A stretch of 64,000 nucleotides of DNA from Thermoanaerobaculia bacterium (lineage in GTDB: Bacteria > Acidobacteriota > Thermoanaerobaculia > Multivoradales > Multivoraceae), in NCBI GenBank assembly GCA_963666565.1, contig OY762911.1, positions 3,232,001 through 3,296,000 on the forward strand, given 5' to 3'. How positions within the stretch are numbered: position 1 is the first letter of the stretch; each line of letters opens with the position of its first letter. Made by a program: the position numbers and the translations under genes. The notes below the pieces were generated by a model. It saw only the letters and a list, made by a program, of their open reading frames with translations, searched no databases and was not told the DNA's origin. This document shows positions 1-8,344 of this stretch, piece after piece.

Positions 1-473
1 GCAGCCGCTGACGCTGGTCGCGATCTTCGGCAGCGTCGTCTTCCTCGACGGGCACAACGTGGCGAGCCTGGACATGCACTCGGTGCGCGGCCGCGATCGA
101 GGACGACATCCGGGCGATGCCGAAGGGCATGCACACGCGGCTCCCGGAAGGCGGCGCCGGTCTCTCGGTGGGCCAGAAGCAGCGCCTGCTCATCGCCCGG
201 GCGCTGGCGCTCAAGCCGCGCGTGCTGCTCTTCGACGAGGCGACCAGCGCCCTGGACAACGGTTCCCAGGACGTCGTCCAGGAGTCGCTGAAGGACCTGG
301 GCGTTACCCGGCTGGTCATCGCCCACCGCCTGAGTTCGATTCGCAACGTCGACCGCATCCACGTGCTCCAGGACGGCCGCGTCGTCGAGACCGGCGGCCA
401 CGACGACCTGATGCGCCAGGACGGCGTCTTCGCGACGCTGGCCAGGCGGCAGTTGGTTCAGACGTCCGCCTGA
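1..473 (+). pseudogene. 3' remnant of an NHLM-bacteriocin-system type ABC transporter ATP-binding protein, with apparent internal deletions and a frameshift (partial at window edge)
   Basis: Frame 3 gives IEDDIRAMPKGMHT..LSVGQKQRLLIARAL..LLFDEATSALDN..IAHRLS..LARRQL (signature, Walker B, H-loop; resembles TIGR03797 C-termini). Frame 2 gives QPLTLVAIFGSV-VFLDGHNVASLDMHSVR. No Walker A or Q-loop segment lies where expected; the frame changes near 85-95. Confidence 0.7.
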
Positions 474-1672
474 GGGCTCCCGCCGGTGCGCGGCAGGCGG
501 CGGTTCAGGCCGCACCAGACCTCGTACGGCGCGACGCCGGCCCGCGCGGCCAGTTCGCCGACGTCGATCCGATCGCTCCCCTGTGAGCCGAGCAGAACGC
601 ACTCGTCTCCCACCGCGACTCCGGGAACGCCGGTGACGTCGACGGTCAGCGAGTCCATGCTGATCCGGCCCGCGATCGGGCAACGCATCCCGCGGACCAG
701 GACGTCGCCGCCGCCGAAGCCGGTGCTGAATCCGTCGCCGTAGCCGACCGGCACCAGGCCGATCGTCGCCTCAACCGGCGCCCGCCAGGTCCGACCGTAG
801 CCGACCCCGGCGCCGGCCGGCACGCGGCGCAGGTCGACGATCGGCGCCCGGACGCTCATGACCGGCCGCAGTTCTACCGCCGGCGGCGTGCCGGCAGCGG
901 CTAGCGTCGCGAGGTCGAGGCCATAGAGAGTGCCGCCGACCCGCACCGCACTCCATCGGTTTGACGTACGCCGCAGTGCGGCCGAAGAGTTCGCGAGGTG
1001 AGTGCTGACGGACCGCCGCTCCCTGGCGTCGAGAAGCTCCGCGGCGGCGGCAAAGCGGCGCTCCTGCTCGCCGGTGAAGGAACTTGCCGCGAAGTCGGAC
1101 TCGGCCAGGTGGGACATCAGCCCCGTCAGCCGGAGTTCCGGCGCGGCCCGCAGTTCCTCAAGCGCCGCCGGCCAGTCGCCCAGGTTCAGGCCCGACCGGC
1201 TCATGCCGGTGTCCAGTTCCACCACGACGTCCAGCGGCGGGCTTCTCCGGTCCGCGGCCGTGCCGCCCGCGACGCCCGGGCGGCGCCGGAGCGGAAGCCC
1301 CGGCCCCGGGAGTTTTCGCAGCCAAGCGACCCAGGCCGCGATCTGGCCCCGCCGGCAGAGTACCGGCGTCGCCTCCAGGCGGACGACCGACCTCAGATCC
1401 TCGAACGAGTCCACACCGCCGAACAGCAGCAGCGGGCCGACGCAGCCCGCCGCCCGAAGCTCCTCGACTTCGCGGATACGCGCCACCGCCAAGCCGTCGA
1501 TGCCGAGCCGCTCGAGTTCCAGGCCCACCGGGACCGCGCCGTGCCCGTAGGCGTCCGCCTTGACAACGCCGCAGACGGCCGCCCCGCCCACCGCCTCCCG
1601 CACCGCGCGCAGGTTGACGGCCAGCGCGCCGAGGTCGATCTCGACCCGCGCGACCGGGCCGATGGAGCTCAG
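458..1672 (-). CDS. alr: alanine racemase
   Basis: VEIDLGALAVN, VVKADAYGHG (PLP Lys), DTGMSR, SHLA, GVGYG, GYGDG, GRISMD. Probable CTG start overlaps the dnaB stop, with GGAGG 7 nt upstream. Confidence 0.92.
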   Translation of the reverse strand: MSSIGPVARVEIDLGALAVNLRAVREAVGGAAVCGVVKADAYGHGAVPVGLELERLGIDGLAVARIREVEELRAAGCVGPLLLFGGVDSFEDLRSVVRLEATPVLCRRGQIAAWVAWLRKLPGPGLPLRRRPGVAGGTAADRRSPPLDVVVELDTGMSRSGLNLGDWPAALEELRAAPELRLTGLMSHLAESDFAASSFTGEQERRFAAAAELLDARERRSVSTHLANSSAALRRTSNRWSAVRVGGTLYGLDLATLAAAGTPPAVELRPVMSVRAPIVDLRRVPAGAGVGYGRTWRAPVEATIGLVPVGYGDGFSTGFGGGDVLVRGMRCPIAGRISMDSLTVDVTGVPGVAVGDECVLLGSQGSDRIDVGELAARAGVAPYEVWCGLNRRLPRTGGSPQADV

Positions 1673-3030
1673 TTCAGCCCCTCCGGCGCCTCGTGGTAGC
1701 CGTCGTAGTTGCGGAACGTCGTCGTGTCGCCGAGAAAAACGAGCCGCACGGAGCCGGTCTCGCCGTTCCGGTGCTTGGCGACGATCAGGTCGGCCAGGCC
1801 CTCCACGTCTGGATCCTCCGGCTCGTAGACCTCCTCCCGGTAGACGAACATGACGATGTCGGCGTCCTGCTCGATGTTCCCGGACTCCCGGAGGTCGGCA
1901 AGCTGCGGGCGGTGGTCCTTGCCCCGGCGCTCCGGCAGCCGCGACAACTGCGACAGGGCCACCACCGGCACCTCCAGTTCCTTGGCCAACTGCTTCAGGC
2001 CCCGGGTGATGGCGCCGATCTCCAGGTTCCGGTTCTCGTAGCGCCCGCCCGCGTTCATCAACTGGAGATAGTCGACCACCAGCAGCGCGAGACCGCTCTG
2101 CGCCTTCAGGCGCCGGGCCTTCGAGGCCACCTCCAGCAGCGACGGGTTGGCGGAATCGTCGACGAAAAGGGGCGAGTCGCGGCTGCTGTCCACCGCCTCG
2201 TGCAGGCGGCGCCAGTCCCGCGGCGACAACTGGCCGCCGCGCAGCCGGTGGAACGGAATGTCCGTCGTCGAGCACAGCACCCGCATGGCGATCTCGCGCT
2301 CGCTCATTTCCAGGGAGAAGAAGCCCGCGGCCCGGCCCTCCTGCTGGGCGACGTGGGCGGCGATGTTCAGGGCCAGGCTCGTCTTCCCCATCCCCGGCCG
2401 GCCGGCGACGATGACCAGGTTGCCGGGCTGCAGGCCGTGGGTCATCCGGTCCAGGTCGACGAAGCCGGTCCGCAGGCCGGGGAACTCGTTCGCGTTGCGC
2501 CGTTCGAGTTGCTCGATCGTCTCGCGGTAGATCTGGTCGAGCGGCACGAAGGTGCGGGACACCGCCTCCTCGCTCAGCTCCAGGACCTCCTGCTCCGCCC
2601 GCGCCAGGGCGTCCTGGGCCTCCAGGCCGCCGTCGAGCGCCGTCCGGTAGATCGTCGTGCAGGCGTCGATCAGGCGCCGCCGCAGGGCCCGTTCCTTGAT
2701 GATCTCGACGTAGCTGTCGACCCGGCCCAGGTCCGGCAGGTCCACCTCGAGGGTGGCGAGATAGGCCACGCCGCCAGCGGACTCGAACTCGCCCCGTTGC
2801 TCCAGGCGCGCCTGCACCGTGCGCAGGTCGATGGGACTCTCCGACTCCTGGAGCGCCAGCATCGCCTCGTAGAGCAGCCGGTGCCGCTCGAAGTAGTAGT
2901 CGGTCGGGTTCAGCCGGATCGAGGTGGCGGCCAGGTGCCGTTCCGAGTCGAGCAGGATCGCGGCCAGCACGGCGCGCTCGGACTCTTCGCTGTGGGGCAG
3001 GCTGTGAGTCTCTTCGACTGGCGCGCGCAC
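1669..3030 (-). CDS. dnaB: replicative DNA helicase
   Basis: PHSEESERAVL, GRPGMGKT, VDYLQLM, SQLSR, DLRESGNIEQDAD, KHRNG. Confidence 0.98.
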   Translation of the reverse strand: MRAPVEETHSLPHSEESERAVLAAILLDSERHLAATSIRLNPTDYYFERHRLLYEAMLALQESESPIDLRTVQARLEQRGEFESAGGVAYLATLEVDLPDLGRVDSYVEIIKERALRRRLIDACTTIYRTALDGGLEAQDALARAEQEVLELSEEAVSRTFVPLDQIYRETIEQLERRNANEFPGLRTGFVDLDRMTHGLQPGNLVIVAGRPGMGKTSLALNIAAHVAQQEGRAAGFFSLEMSEREIAMRVLCSTTDIPFHRLRGGQLSPRDWRRLHEAVDSSRDSPLFVDDSANPSLLEVASKARRLKAQSGLALLVVDYLQLMNAGGRYENRNLEIGAITRGLKQLAKELEVPVVALSQLSRLPERRGKDHRPQLADLRESGNIEQDADIVMFVYREEVYEPEDPDVEGLADLIVAKHRNGETGSVRLVFLGDTTTFRNYDGYHEAPEGLN

Positions 3031-3168
3031 GTCTTCCTCCGAGGGGCTGGCCTAGCCTAGCCTTCGGCAGGTGCCGCCGGACACGCGGCTGCGGATCTTG
3101 CGGAGGCCCGTGCGAAGATCGAGCGGCGCCGCACCGGACCGAACCTGTGCCAGCCGCGCCTGAAGTCC

Positions 3169-4266
3169 ATGGACCGACGAACTCCGTTCGCGCCGCCCGC
3201 CTGGCTGGCGACGGCCTGCCTGGTCCTGTTGCTCGGCGCTCCGGCCGCAGCTCAGCCGCCCGAGGGCGAGGCGACCTCCGTGCCGGCCACCGAAGCGAAC
3301 GAAGCAGAGGCGGCCGAGGAACCCCACCCCTGCGCCTCCGAGTACCTGGAGGGCCGCTCCTGGATCGACTGGCTCAACCGGGGCCTCCACCGCACCGCCT
3401 GCGAAACCGCCCTCTGGTTCGACCACCTGTTCGGCGACTACCGTCTGGACGACGAACTGGAAGCGACTCACGGGCGCGCCATGTTCGGAGTCGTCTGGGA
3501 CGAGCAGGACGGCTTCGAGGACGATCTCCGGCTCCGCGCCCGCCTGCACTTCCCGATCGCGGAGCGGCGCTTCAACGCGTTCATCGGCCGCGACGACCGC
3601 GAGGACGTGCTGGAGGACGCCCAGCGCCGCGAGGCGGCCCCCCTGCCCCGGATGTTCGACCCGGAAGAAGACGAGTGGCTGGTGGGGCTCGGCTACCGGC
3701 CGATCTCGGGCGGCGCCGGCGACCTCGACTTCGATCTCGGCATCAACTTCAAGTTCCCCATGGAGCCGTGGGTCCGCGCCCGCTACAGGCACCGCACCTT
3801 CCTCTCGGAAACCAACCTGGTCCGGTTCCGGCACACGCTGTTCTGGGAACGGGAGGACGGCTGGGGCCTGGCGACCCGGATCGACTACGAGCACGCCTTC
3901 GCCGGCGGCGCGATGCTGCGTTGGCGCGGCGCCGGCAAGGTCTCGGACCTCACGCGGGGAACCGACTGGTTCACCGAGCTGAGCTACTACCACCGCCTGG
4001 GCCGCCGGCGCGCGCTTGCCCACCAGGTCGGCGCGAACGGCGAGACCGGCGCGCCGGTACTGGTCGAGAACTGGTTCGTGCGGTTCGTCTACCGCCAGCA
4101 AATCCTCCGGGAGTGGCTCTTCCTCGAGATCGGGCCCGGCATGGCCTGGCGCCGCGAGGAACCTGGCGAACCGAGGGACTCCGTGCCCATCCTCCGGTTC
4201 GGCGTCGAGATGCTGTTCGGCGACTACCGGGGCCAGGGCACCGCGGCGCCGGTGCCGGGCCGCTAG
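3169..4266 (+). CDS. exported protein, probable outer-membrane beta-barrel
   Basis: N-terminal signal peptide, alternating aromatic beta-strands, C-terminal RFGVEMLF. Confidence 0.7.
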   Translation: MDRRTPFAPPAWLATACLVLLLGAPAAAQPPEGEATSVPATEANEAEAAEEPHPCASEYLEGRSWIDWLNRGLHRTACETALWFDHLFGDYRLDDELEATHGRAMFGVVWDEQDGFEDDLRLRARLHFPIAERRFNAFIGRDDREDVLEDAQRREAAPLPRMFDPEEDEWLVGLGYRPISGGAGDLDFDLGINFKFPMEPWVRARYRHRTFLSETNLVRFRHTLFWEREDGWGLATRIDYEHAFAGGAMLRWRGAGKVSDLTRGTDWFTELSYYHRLGRRRALAHQVGANGETGAPVLVENWFVRFVYRQQILREWLFLEIGPGMAWRREEPGEPRDSVPILRFGVEMLFGDYRGQGTAAPVPGR

Positions 4267-4492
4267 CGGCGCGGGCGGCGTCGGCGGCTGCCGCCCGTCT
4301 TGGGGCGGGAGGGGTCGGCGCCCAGGTGACGCGCGCGCTCGAGAGGAGATTGGAGGGGTTGCGCTTGCTCCGCTTCACTCGCTTCGGGCGGGCGTCGGTT
4401 GCCGGGAGGGCGCCGGCCGTCGCTCGTTCAGAGGCACCTGGACTCCGACCCCTCCCGCCCCGACTGGGCTGGACGGCGGTGCCGGGAGTCGG
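4267..4492 (+). repeat. intergenic structured element with ~27-bp imperfect inverted repeat; related copy at 18499-18584
   Basis: GGGGCGGGAGGGGTCGG (4302-4318) pairs with CCGACCCCTCCCGCCCC (4445-4461); flanks match the reverse complement of 18499-18584. Confidence 0.65.
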
Positions 4493-4548
4493 AGCGCCGT
4501 CGTCAGGCTAGAGTCCGGCCTCGAAACCGACGAGCGAGGATCACGGGA

Positions 4549-5334
4549 ATGAGCAGCACGACCACCCCCAGCGGCGAAGTGACGGTCACGGTCGGCGACG
4601 ACCTGGTCGCCGAGATCGAGATCCACCGGCCGCCGAACAACTTCTTCGACCTCGATCTGATCGGCGAACTGGCGACGGCGATCGGCGAGCTGGACGAACG
4701 GGACGACTGCCGTGCGGCCGTTCTCTGCTCGGAGGGCAAGCACTTCTGCGCCGGCGCCAACCTGAACGCGCGGCGGGACGCGACCGGCGCCGGCGGCGAG
4801 CGCCATCTGTACGACGAAGCGGTCCGGCTGTTCGACACGAAGACGCCGATCGTTGCGGCGGTCCAGGGCGCGGCGGTCGGCGGCGGCCTGGGACTGGCGC
4901 TGATGCCGGACTTCCGGGTCGCCTGCCCGGAGGCGCGCTTCTCCGCCAACTTCGCGCGCCTGGGCTTCGTCCAGGGATTCGGGCTGACCGTCACCCTGCC
5001 CCGCCTCGTCGGCCGTCAGCGGGCGATGGAGATGTTCTACACCGGCCGCCGCGTCAAGGGCGAGGAGGCGCTGCGGATCGGCCTCTGCGACGATCTCGTG
5101 CCCCAGAGCGAGGTGCGACCGCGGGCGCGGGAACTGGCCGCGGAGATCGCCACGTCCGCGCCGCTCGCCGTGCGTTCGATCCGCGAGATGATGCGCGGCC
5201 GGCTGGCCGCGGAGATCCGGACCGCCACGGACCACGAGAAGGCCGAGCAGAACCGCCTGCGGCAGACCGCGGACTTCGCGGAGGGCGTGCGGGCGATGAC
5301 GGAGCGGCGGCCGCCGCGCTTCGTCGGCGCCTGA
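4549..5334 (+). CDS. enoyl-CoA hydratase/isomerase family protein
   Basis: FCAGANL, PIVAAVQGAAVGGGLGLAL, DFAEGVRAMTERRPPRF; ATG at 4549. Confidence 0.93.
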   Translation: MSSTTTPSGEVTVTVGDDLVAEIEIHRPPNNFFDLDLIGELATAIGELDERDDCRAAVLCSEGKHFCAGANLNARRDATGAGGERHLYDEAVRLFDTKTPIVAAVQGAAVGGGLGLALMPDFRVACPEARFSANFARLGFVQGFGLTVTLPRLVGRQRAMEMFYTGRRVKGEEALRIGLCDDLVPQSEVRPRARELAAEIATSAPLAVRSIREMMRGRLAAEIRTATDHEKAEQNRLRQTADFAEGVRAMTERRPPRFVGA

Positions 5335-5371
5335 TCGGCGCCGGCCTGACGGCCGGCGCGTTCTTGTGGTC

Positions 5372-5411
5372 GCCTTCGGCGGCAAGCGGGTCAGAGGACC
5401 CGCGCACCCGG
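5372..5411 (+). repeat. REP-like palindrome (GCGGGTC-RGAR-GACCCGC-GCACCC family)
   Basis: Same motif at 8 loci in the window. Confidence 0.85.
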
Positions 5412-5434
5412 TGTGCGTCCGCCTGGAACCTGGG

Positions 5435-7363
5435 TCAGGCGCCGGCCGCCGACGCGATCAGGAAGGTCAGCCAGGCGCCCAGCCAGGCCAGGCCGTTCAT
5501 GTAGGCGAACGTGAAGGCGGGCCATCGCCAGCCTCCCGTCTCGCGCCGGATGACGGCCAGCGTCGACATGCACTGCATCGCGAAGGCGAAGTACACCAGC
5601 AGGGCGAGCGCCGAGGCCCGGGACAGGAGCGGCGGCGCGCCGCCTTCGCCGCGGCCGGCCAGCAGCACACCGAGCCCTTCGCCGCCCTCTCCCTCGTGGG
5701 CGTAGATCTGGGCCAGGGTGGCGACCATCACCTCGCGCGCGGCCTGCGAGGCGACCAGGCCGACGTTGATCCGCCAGTCGAAGTCCATCGGCGCGAAGAC
5801 GGGTTCCAGCAGCCGCCCGGCGGAGGCCGCGTAGCTCCCCTCGAGGACCATCTGCTGGTTCTCCGCGGCCGAGAGTTGCGGATCGGCCGGCCGCCGGGGC
5901 AGGTTGAGCAGAAACCAGAGGACGACGCTGGCGGCGAGGATGATCGTGCCGGCGCGGCGCAGGAACATCTTCGCCCGGTCCCAGACGCCGAGCGCGATGT
6001 CGCCGGGCCGGGGCAGCCGGTACGGCGGCAGTTCCAGGTAGAACGGCAGCGTCGCGCCTCGCAGCAGGCCGCGCTTGAAGACGGCCGCCGAGAGCAGCGC
6101 CGCGCCGGTGCCCAGGAAGTAGAGGCCGGTCAGCGACAGGCCCTGCCAGGTGAAGGGGCCGAAGGCCGGATCGGCCGGGATGAACGCGGCGATCAGCAGG
6201 ATGTAGACGGGCAGCCGGGCCGAGCAGGTTGCGAACGGCGCGACGAGGATCGTGGTCAGCCGGTCGCGCGGCGACGGGATCGTCCGGGTCGCCATGATGC
6301 CCGGAACGGCGCAGGCGTAGGAAGACAGGAGCGCGATGAAGCAGCGGCCCTCCAGCCCCACCCAGCCCATCGCGCGGTCGACCACGAAGGCGGCGCGCGC
6401 CATGTAGCCGCACGCCTCCAGGAACAGGATGACCGTGAACAGCAGCACGATCTGCGGCAGGAAGACGATCACCGCGCCGACGCCCCGGATCACGCCGTCC
6501 GCGACGAGGCGGGTCAGAGCCGTATCGGGCAGCGTCGCCAGGACCCGGTCGGCGAGCCCGTCCATCAGCCCCGAGAGGAGGTCCATGGCGGGCGTGGCCC
6601 AGGTGAAGATGGCCTGGAAGAAGAACGCGACGAACGTCAGGAAAACCGCGGCGCCGACGAACGGATGCAGCAGGAGGCGGTCCAGGCGCCGGGTCCAGCG
6701 ATTCGGTTGCGGCGACCGGCGGCGGCAGGCGCCGAGGACCTCGGCGGCCCAGGCGAAGCGTTCCTCCGGCGTCTTTGCCTCGGCGCCCCGCGCCAGGGCC
6801 GGCTTCGCCGTCCAGTCCCAGGGCTCGCTCAGCAATGCGCCGAGATCGTCGATGCCGATTCCCCGGTTGCCGACGACGCCGAGCACCGGCACGCCGAGCT
6901 GCCGCTGCAGGTCCTCGACGTCGATCTCGCCGCGCCGGGCCTTCAGCTCGTCGATCATCGTCAGGGCGACGGAGACCGGCAGGCCCAGGGCCGCCGCCTC
7001 GGCGAGCAACGGCAGGCCCCGCTCGATCGTCGTCGCGTCGACGACGACGACCACGCCGTCCGGCGGCGGCTCGCCGAAGCCGCCCCGCAGGACGCCCACC
7101 GCGACCGACTCGTCCTCCGACTGGGCTTCCAGGCTGTAGACGCCCGGCAGGTCGATCAGGCGGACCTCGCCGGCGCCGAAACGCTCGCGCAGATCGCCCT
7201 CGCGGCGGTCGACCGTGACGCCGGGGTAGTTCCCGGCCTTGGCCCGGTGGCCCGTGAGGGCATTGAACAGGGTCGTCTTGCCCGAGTTCGGCGCCCCCAG
7301 GATGGCGATGCGCTCCGGCCGGCGTGCCGCCGACGCCGACCCCAGCCGGACCAGCGCCGTCAT
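5435..7363 (-). CDS. feoB: ferrous iron transporter B
   Basis: GAPNSGKTT, GNYPGVTV, DLPGVYSL, CSARLPVY, ELPPYRLP, many TM helices; ATG overlaps the feoA stop. Confidence 0.96.
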   Translation of the reverse strand: MTALVRLGSASAARRPERIAILGAPNSGKTTLFNALTGHRAKAGNYPGVTVDRREGDLRERFGAGEVRLIDLPGVYSLEAQSEDESVAVGVLRGGFGEPPPDGVVVVVDATTIERGLPLLAEAAALGLPVSVALTMIDELKARRGEIDVEDLQRQLGVPVLGVVGNRGIGIDDLGALLSEPWDWTAKPALARGAEAKTPEERFAWAAEVLGACRRRSPQPNRWTRRLDRLLLHPFVGAAVFLTFVAFFFQAIFTWATPAMDLLSGLMDGLADRVLATLPDTALTRLVADGVIRGVGAVIVFLPQIVLLFTVILFLEACGYMARAAFVVDRAMGWVGLEGRCFIALLSSYACAVPGIMATRTIPSPRDRLTTILVAPFATCSARLPVYILLIAAFIPADPAFGPFTWQGLSLTGLYFLGTGAALLSAAVFKRGLLRGATLPFYLELPPYRLPRPGDIALGVWDRAKMFLRRAGTIILAASVVLWFLLNLPRRPADPQLSAAENQQMVLEGSYAASAGRLLEPVFAPMDFDWRINVGLVASQAAREVMVATLAQIYAHEGEGGEGLGVLLAGRGEGGAPPLLSRASALALLVYFAFAMQCMSTLAVIRRETGGWRWPAFTFAYMNGLAWLGAWLTFLIASAAGA

Positions 7364-7605
7364 GCGTCGGTCCGGCGGACGCGGATCCGCCGCGCCTCGG
7401 TCCGGCGCAGGCTGAGGAGCGCGCCCCGGAGCTCGTACATCGCCGGGTCGCCCAGCGGCGCCCGGCGCACGAACCGGACCGGCGCGCCGGCGCAGAAGCC
7501 GATCTCCCGGAGCCGCCTGCTTTCGGCGCCGTCGCCGCTCACCTCGGCGATCTCCACCGGCCGCTCGTCGCGGGCGTCCGACATGTCGGCCAGGGTCCGG
7601 TCCAT
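7360..7605 (-). CDS. feoA: ferrous iron transport protein A
   Basis: RRLREIGF, RRAPLGDP, LSLRRTEA; directly upstream of feoB. Confidence 0.93.
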   Translation of the reverse strand: MDRTLADMSDARDERPVEIAEVSGDGAESRRLREIGFCAGAPVRFVRRAPLGDPAMYELRGALLSLRRTEARRIRVRRTDA

Positions 7606-7664
7606 TTCGGACCGGGAATGTACCAGTTTCCTGAACCCCGCGACGCCGGCCGCTCAGCCGGCGA

Positions 7665-7859
7665 TCAGAGGTGCGGGTGGTTCTCGCAAGTGCACTGCGC
7701 CGAATTGCTGTACTCGCAATTGCAGCCCAACTGCAGGCACGGATCGGTATCCGGGCCGGGCCCGTCAGCCCCGAAGTCTTCGCCGCCAACGACGGTCTTG
7801 GCCTCGTCCTCCGACATCGGAGTCGGCTCGTTCCCGGTCCGGTCTTTCTCGTTCGCCAT
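7665..7859 (-). CDS. 64-aa Cys-rich peptide with double-glycine leader (putative RiPP or metal-binding precursor), copy 2
   Basis: MANEKDRTGNEPTPMSEDEAKTVVGG|EDFGADGPGPDTDPCLQLGCNCEYSNSAQCTCENHPHL; SD GGAGGAG 5 nt before ATG; paralogue adjacent. Confidence 0.85.
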   Translation of the reverse strand: MANEKDRTGNEPTPMSEDEAKTVVGGEDFGADGPGPDTDPCLQLGCNCEYSNSAQCTCENHPHL

Positions 7860-7944
7860 CGCTACTCCTCCATCGGTTGGGGTTCGACGCTCGAAGGTGC
7901 GGACCGCCGGCCTGCCGACCGGCGCTCCGCCACTCAGTCGGCGG

Positions 7945-8151
7945 CTACATGGTGGTGTGCGAGTGTCCGTCGCAAGTGCATGCCGGCCCCCCATTCACCG
8001 TGCAAAAGCAGTCCGGCTCGTAGCACGGCTCCCCGCCGTCGAAGGGGTCTTCCACGGGGTCGGCATTGTTCTGCCCGCCGACGACGCCTTCGGCCTGATC
8101 GTCCGACATCGGGGTCGGCTGGTACCTGGTCCGGTCTTCGTTCTTCGCCAT
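7945..8151 (-). CDS. 68-aa Cys-rich peptide with double-glycine leader, copy 1
   Basis: MAKNEDRTRYQPTPMSDDQAEGVVGG|QNNADPVEDPFDGGEPCYEPDCFCTVNGGPACTCDGHSHTTM; SD GGAGGAGGAG. Confidence 0.85.
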   Translation of the reverse strand: MAKNEDRTRYQPTPMSDDQAEGVVGGQNNADPVEDPFDGGEPCYEPDCFCTVNGGPACTCDGHSHTTM

Positions 8152-8219
8152 CGCTTCTCCTCCTCCGGTTAGGGGTTCCACACTCGAAGAGTCGACCTCA
8201 GGCTGGCCCGTCCAAGAGA

Positions 8220-8280
8220 CGGTGAAGTACCTGTTAGGTGAGACTATACACGTGGTTTCTGATTCCAGAGACATTTCTGG
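8220..8280 (-). promoter_or_regulatory. putative promoter of the peptide genes with a palindromic operator-like site
   Basis: Locally AT-richer; TATAGT on the minus strand (~8243-8248); CCAGA-N6-TCTGG palindrome at 8265-8280. Confidence 0.4.
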
Positions 8281-8344
8281 GGCGGTTCGGGGGATGCGAC
8301 GCCGGGACGTGCCGCTGGCGGCGACTGGCGCGCCGTGTCGGGAA

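Noticed and set aside
1673-2275. 200-aa N-terminal extension of Alr
   Set aside because: Off-frame overlap with dnaB; low-complexity sequence.
7606-7664. Fur box upstream of feoA
   Set aside because: No AT-rich GATAATGATAATCATTATC-like sequence is visible.
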